Assembly (NCBI RefSeq): GCF_000150275.1
Contig: NW_002060944.1
Location: forward strand, 4,406,123-4,470,122
Direction of reading: 5' to 3'
Length of the DNA: 64,000 nucleotides
Origin: Trichoplax adhaerens
Lineage: Eukaryota; Animalia; Placozoa
Part shown: piece after piece, positions 53,870 to 64,000 of the stretch
How the letters are laid out: every line of letters begins with the position of its first letter
How positions within the stretch are numbered: position 1 is the stretch's first letter
The notes under the pieces: model-generated
Database searches by the model: none
The model's input: only the letters and a program-made list of their open reading frames with translations
Told to the model about the DNA's origin: nothing
Made by a program: the position numbers and the translations under genes

Positions 53870-54710
53870 GTACGGTACTGTAGAGTATACAGTACTGTAT
53901 ACAGTAGGGTTAGGGTTAAGGTTACTGTGTACAGTACTGTATACTGTACAGTATAGCAGTTGCCATTCGTTTGCACAGTACAAACTACACAGTCCTTTTT
54001 TTGATACTGTAGAGCTACAGTACAGAGCTCGTTTTAGACACTTTTCAACTGGGAAATGTCACTAAAACCATACTGTAGACTACACCTAAACTAAAACCAT
54101 ACTGTTGACTACGCCTAGACTTTACCATACAGTACAGTAGACTACTGTACACCTTTGTTTTACAGTGTACAGTGTACAGTGCACTGTACTGTACAGTGGG
54201 TCAAACATTGTAAAACCCTGCGTGTCCCATCGGGCCGCCGTACACTACTATACAGTACAGTACAGTAGAATAAGCCATACTGCAGCTGTCTGTCTCTGCC
54301 ATGGACCACAGTACTGCAATGCGAGTACTGTAAGCTTTTGCTTTACGAGTTTACGTTGTACTGTACGTTTTGAGTCATCCAATACAGTCGAATGTCCGTT
54401 GTCCAGCAAACTTTTTCATTTTTGGCTATTAGCGTTGGACTTTGAAAGTTGCTCTTCTTTTCTTTCACAAGGACAGTGTATGGACTGTAGGGTACAATAC
54501 TATTCACTGTCCAGTACAGTACACAATACTGTATGAGGTCAGCAGGAGATTGCTGACTTACTGTACAGACAGACGTACAGTACAGTACAGTACAGTACAG
54601 TACTGTACAATACCGTACAGTGTATGTACTGTACACTGTACAGTACAGTACTGTAGTATAATGAGGGACTTCACTAAAGTTTCCTTTTTAGTACTGTAGT
54701 TCCTGTACTG
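53870..54710. repeat. (TACAG/CTGTA)-pentamer-rich low-complexity block upstream of DDX39, including a ~29-bp triplicated unit at 54061-54145
   Basis: Dense tacag/tactg runs, e.g. gtacagtacagtacagtacagtacagtactgtac near 54576-54608; actaaaaccatactgt(a/t)gactac repeated. Confidence 0.85.
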
Positions 54711-55130
54711 TGTTCTACACAAACAACATCCAGTTCAAAACTATCACAACGCTCACTGTTGTATACAAATTCCTAATCGTACTAAGTAGAAAATGAGTAC
54801 CTCAGCTATGGCACTACAACGCGTTCACGTGACCTCTGACTGAAAAGAAAAAAGACTTGACCAGTCCATAGCGACACCGCGCTCATTTAGGGACTTTTTC
54901 ACTAAAGTCTACATACATCGTCGTTGCGGCAGACTTGGAACAAGACATTTTCAATTTTAGGTATCTGGCGTTTATCGTCTACATCCTTTCAATTTTGTTG
55001 GTAGTTTTAGTCAGGATAAGCATGCTGGCTGTTAGCAAAAGATTTAGTCATATAATGGCAAGAACTAAAGTAATATTTTTCCACTATCGCAGTACCCGAT
55101 TGAAGAAGATCTGTTATCAATTCATCCATT

Positions 55131-59219
<4,089 letters not shown>

Positions 59220-60053
59220 TGACCGAGTACTTGTCCTATTTGTATTTTTATCGGAGTCCAGTATGATAGGACTGTTTATTACAATAGTAATTTCCTGTAA
59301 TTTACTTTACAGTGTAGCAGTCTTCATAATTTAATTTGTGATTTAGCACACTGTTTACTGTACTGGTAGTATCGAATTATCATCCCTACGTATACTGTAT
59401 TGTAGTATAATAAAAAGATCTTAATTAATTAATTATCAGCGTATATAGTTCTTCATTTAGGAAAGGAAATAAATTATTGCTGATACATGGAATTCGCTTA
59501 ACAGTTAGTCATAGTCTATGATGCACTATCAATTCCTGCAACTAGATATCGTTTTCTTGTATATTAGCGACAATACAAGATAATTTGAGTTGTTTATATA
59601 TAGTCCGCGTAACACATTACAAATATGTGGTACTATACTTCAGTTTTTATATAAGTACCCAAAATAAAGCCATTTGAACACTTGAAAATAGTGATTGGCA
59701 ATGGTATGAATTATGTTGAGTTCGTGGTGGTAATAATCATGCATGCAGATTGCTTCATAGGAAGAGTTAGTGCTGTATCCCATCAATATTCGTATGCAAT
59801 AGCACTTGTTTCACTCAAGACACGTTTACAAATTTATGTCTCATACAAATGCGATATTCACGTAGTATCAATGTCAGGATAATAACGGCTTTTAAAATAA
59901 TGCGATGACTTATCAATTTTATTATAATATTAATATTACACTTCCACTTGGGATACAGTAATACTTTCTCGATTCATTGGAAATATAAGATCATTAAGTA
60001 GATTAAAACGGAAACTAGTAGTAATCCCTGATTAAATGAGACATAAACGCATG

Positions 60054-64000
<3,947 letters not shown>

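Noticed and set aside
53777-54699. Several overlapping YSTV/CTVL-rich ORFs
   Set aside because: Artefacts of the (TACAG)n repeats.

Overview
AT-rich, intron-dense animal genomic DNA. Short GT-AG introns, the compact layout and CYP74-clan genes suggest a placozoan such as Trichoplax, which is an inference. I spliced seven protein-coding genes by hand. Left to right: (1, 2) two tandem minus-strand CYP74-clan fatty-acid-hydroperoxide P450s with identical intron positions, each with a palindromic RFX X-box upstream; (3) XAB2/SYF1 (-), head-to-head with (4) PIGK/GPI8 (+) across a repeat-rich 1.2 kb bidirectional promoter; (5) an uncharacterised 703-aa minus-strand protein with an acidic tract, an atypical GATA-like finger (CxxC-x38-CNAC) and two Cys-rich/HTH-like modules; then about 21.8 kb with no gene I can support; (6) DDX39/UAP56 (+), whose unusually long third intron holds a candidate conserved autoregulatory element; (7) NDOR1 (-, runs off the right edge). 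The human orthologues of XAB2, PIGK, DDX39 and NDOR1 all lie on MHC paralogon chromosomes, consistent with a proto-MHC region. The most interesting hypotheses are an RFX-controlled (ciliated-cell) oxylipin pathway, a new Zn-finger regulator beside a gene desert, and the DDX39 intronic element. No rRNA, tRNA or CRISPR array is supported.
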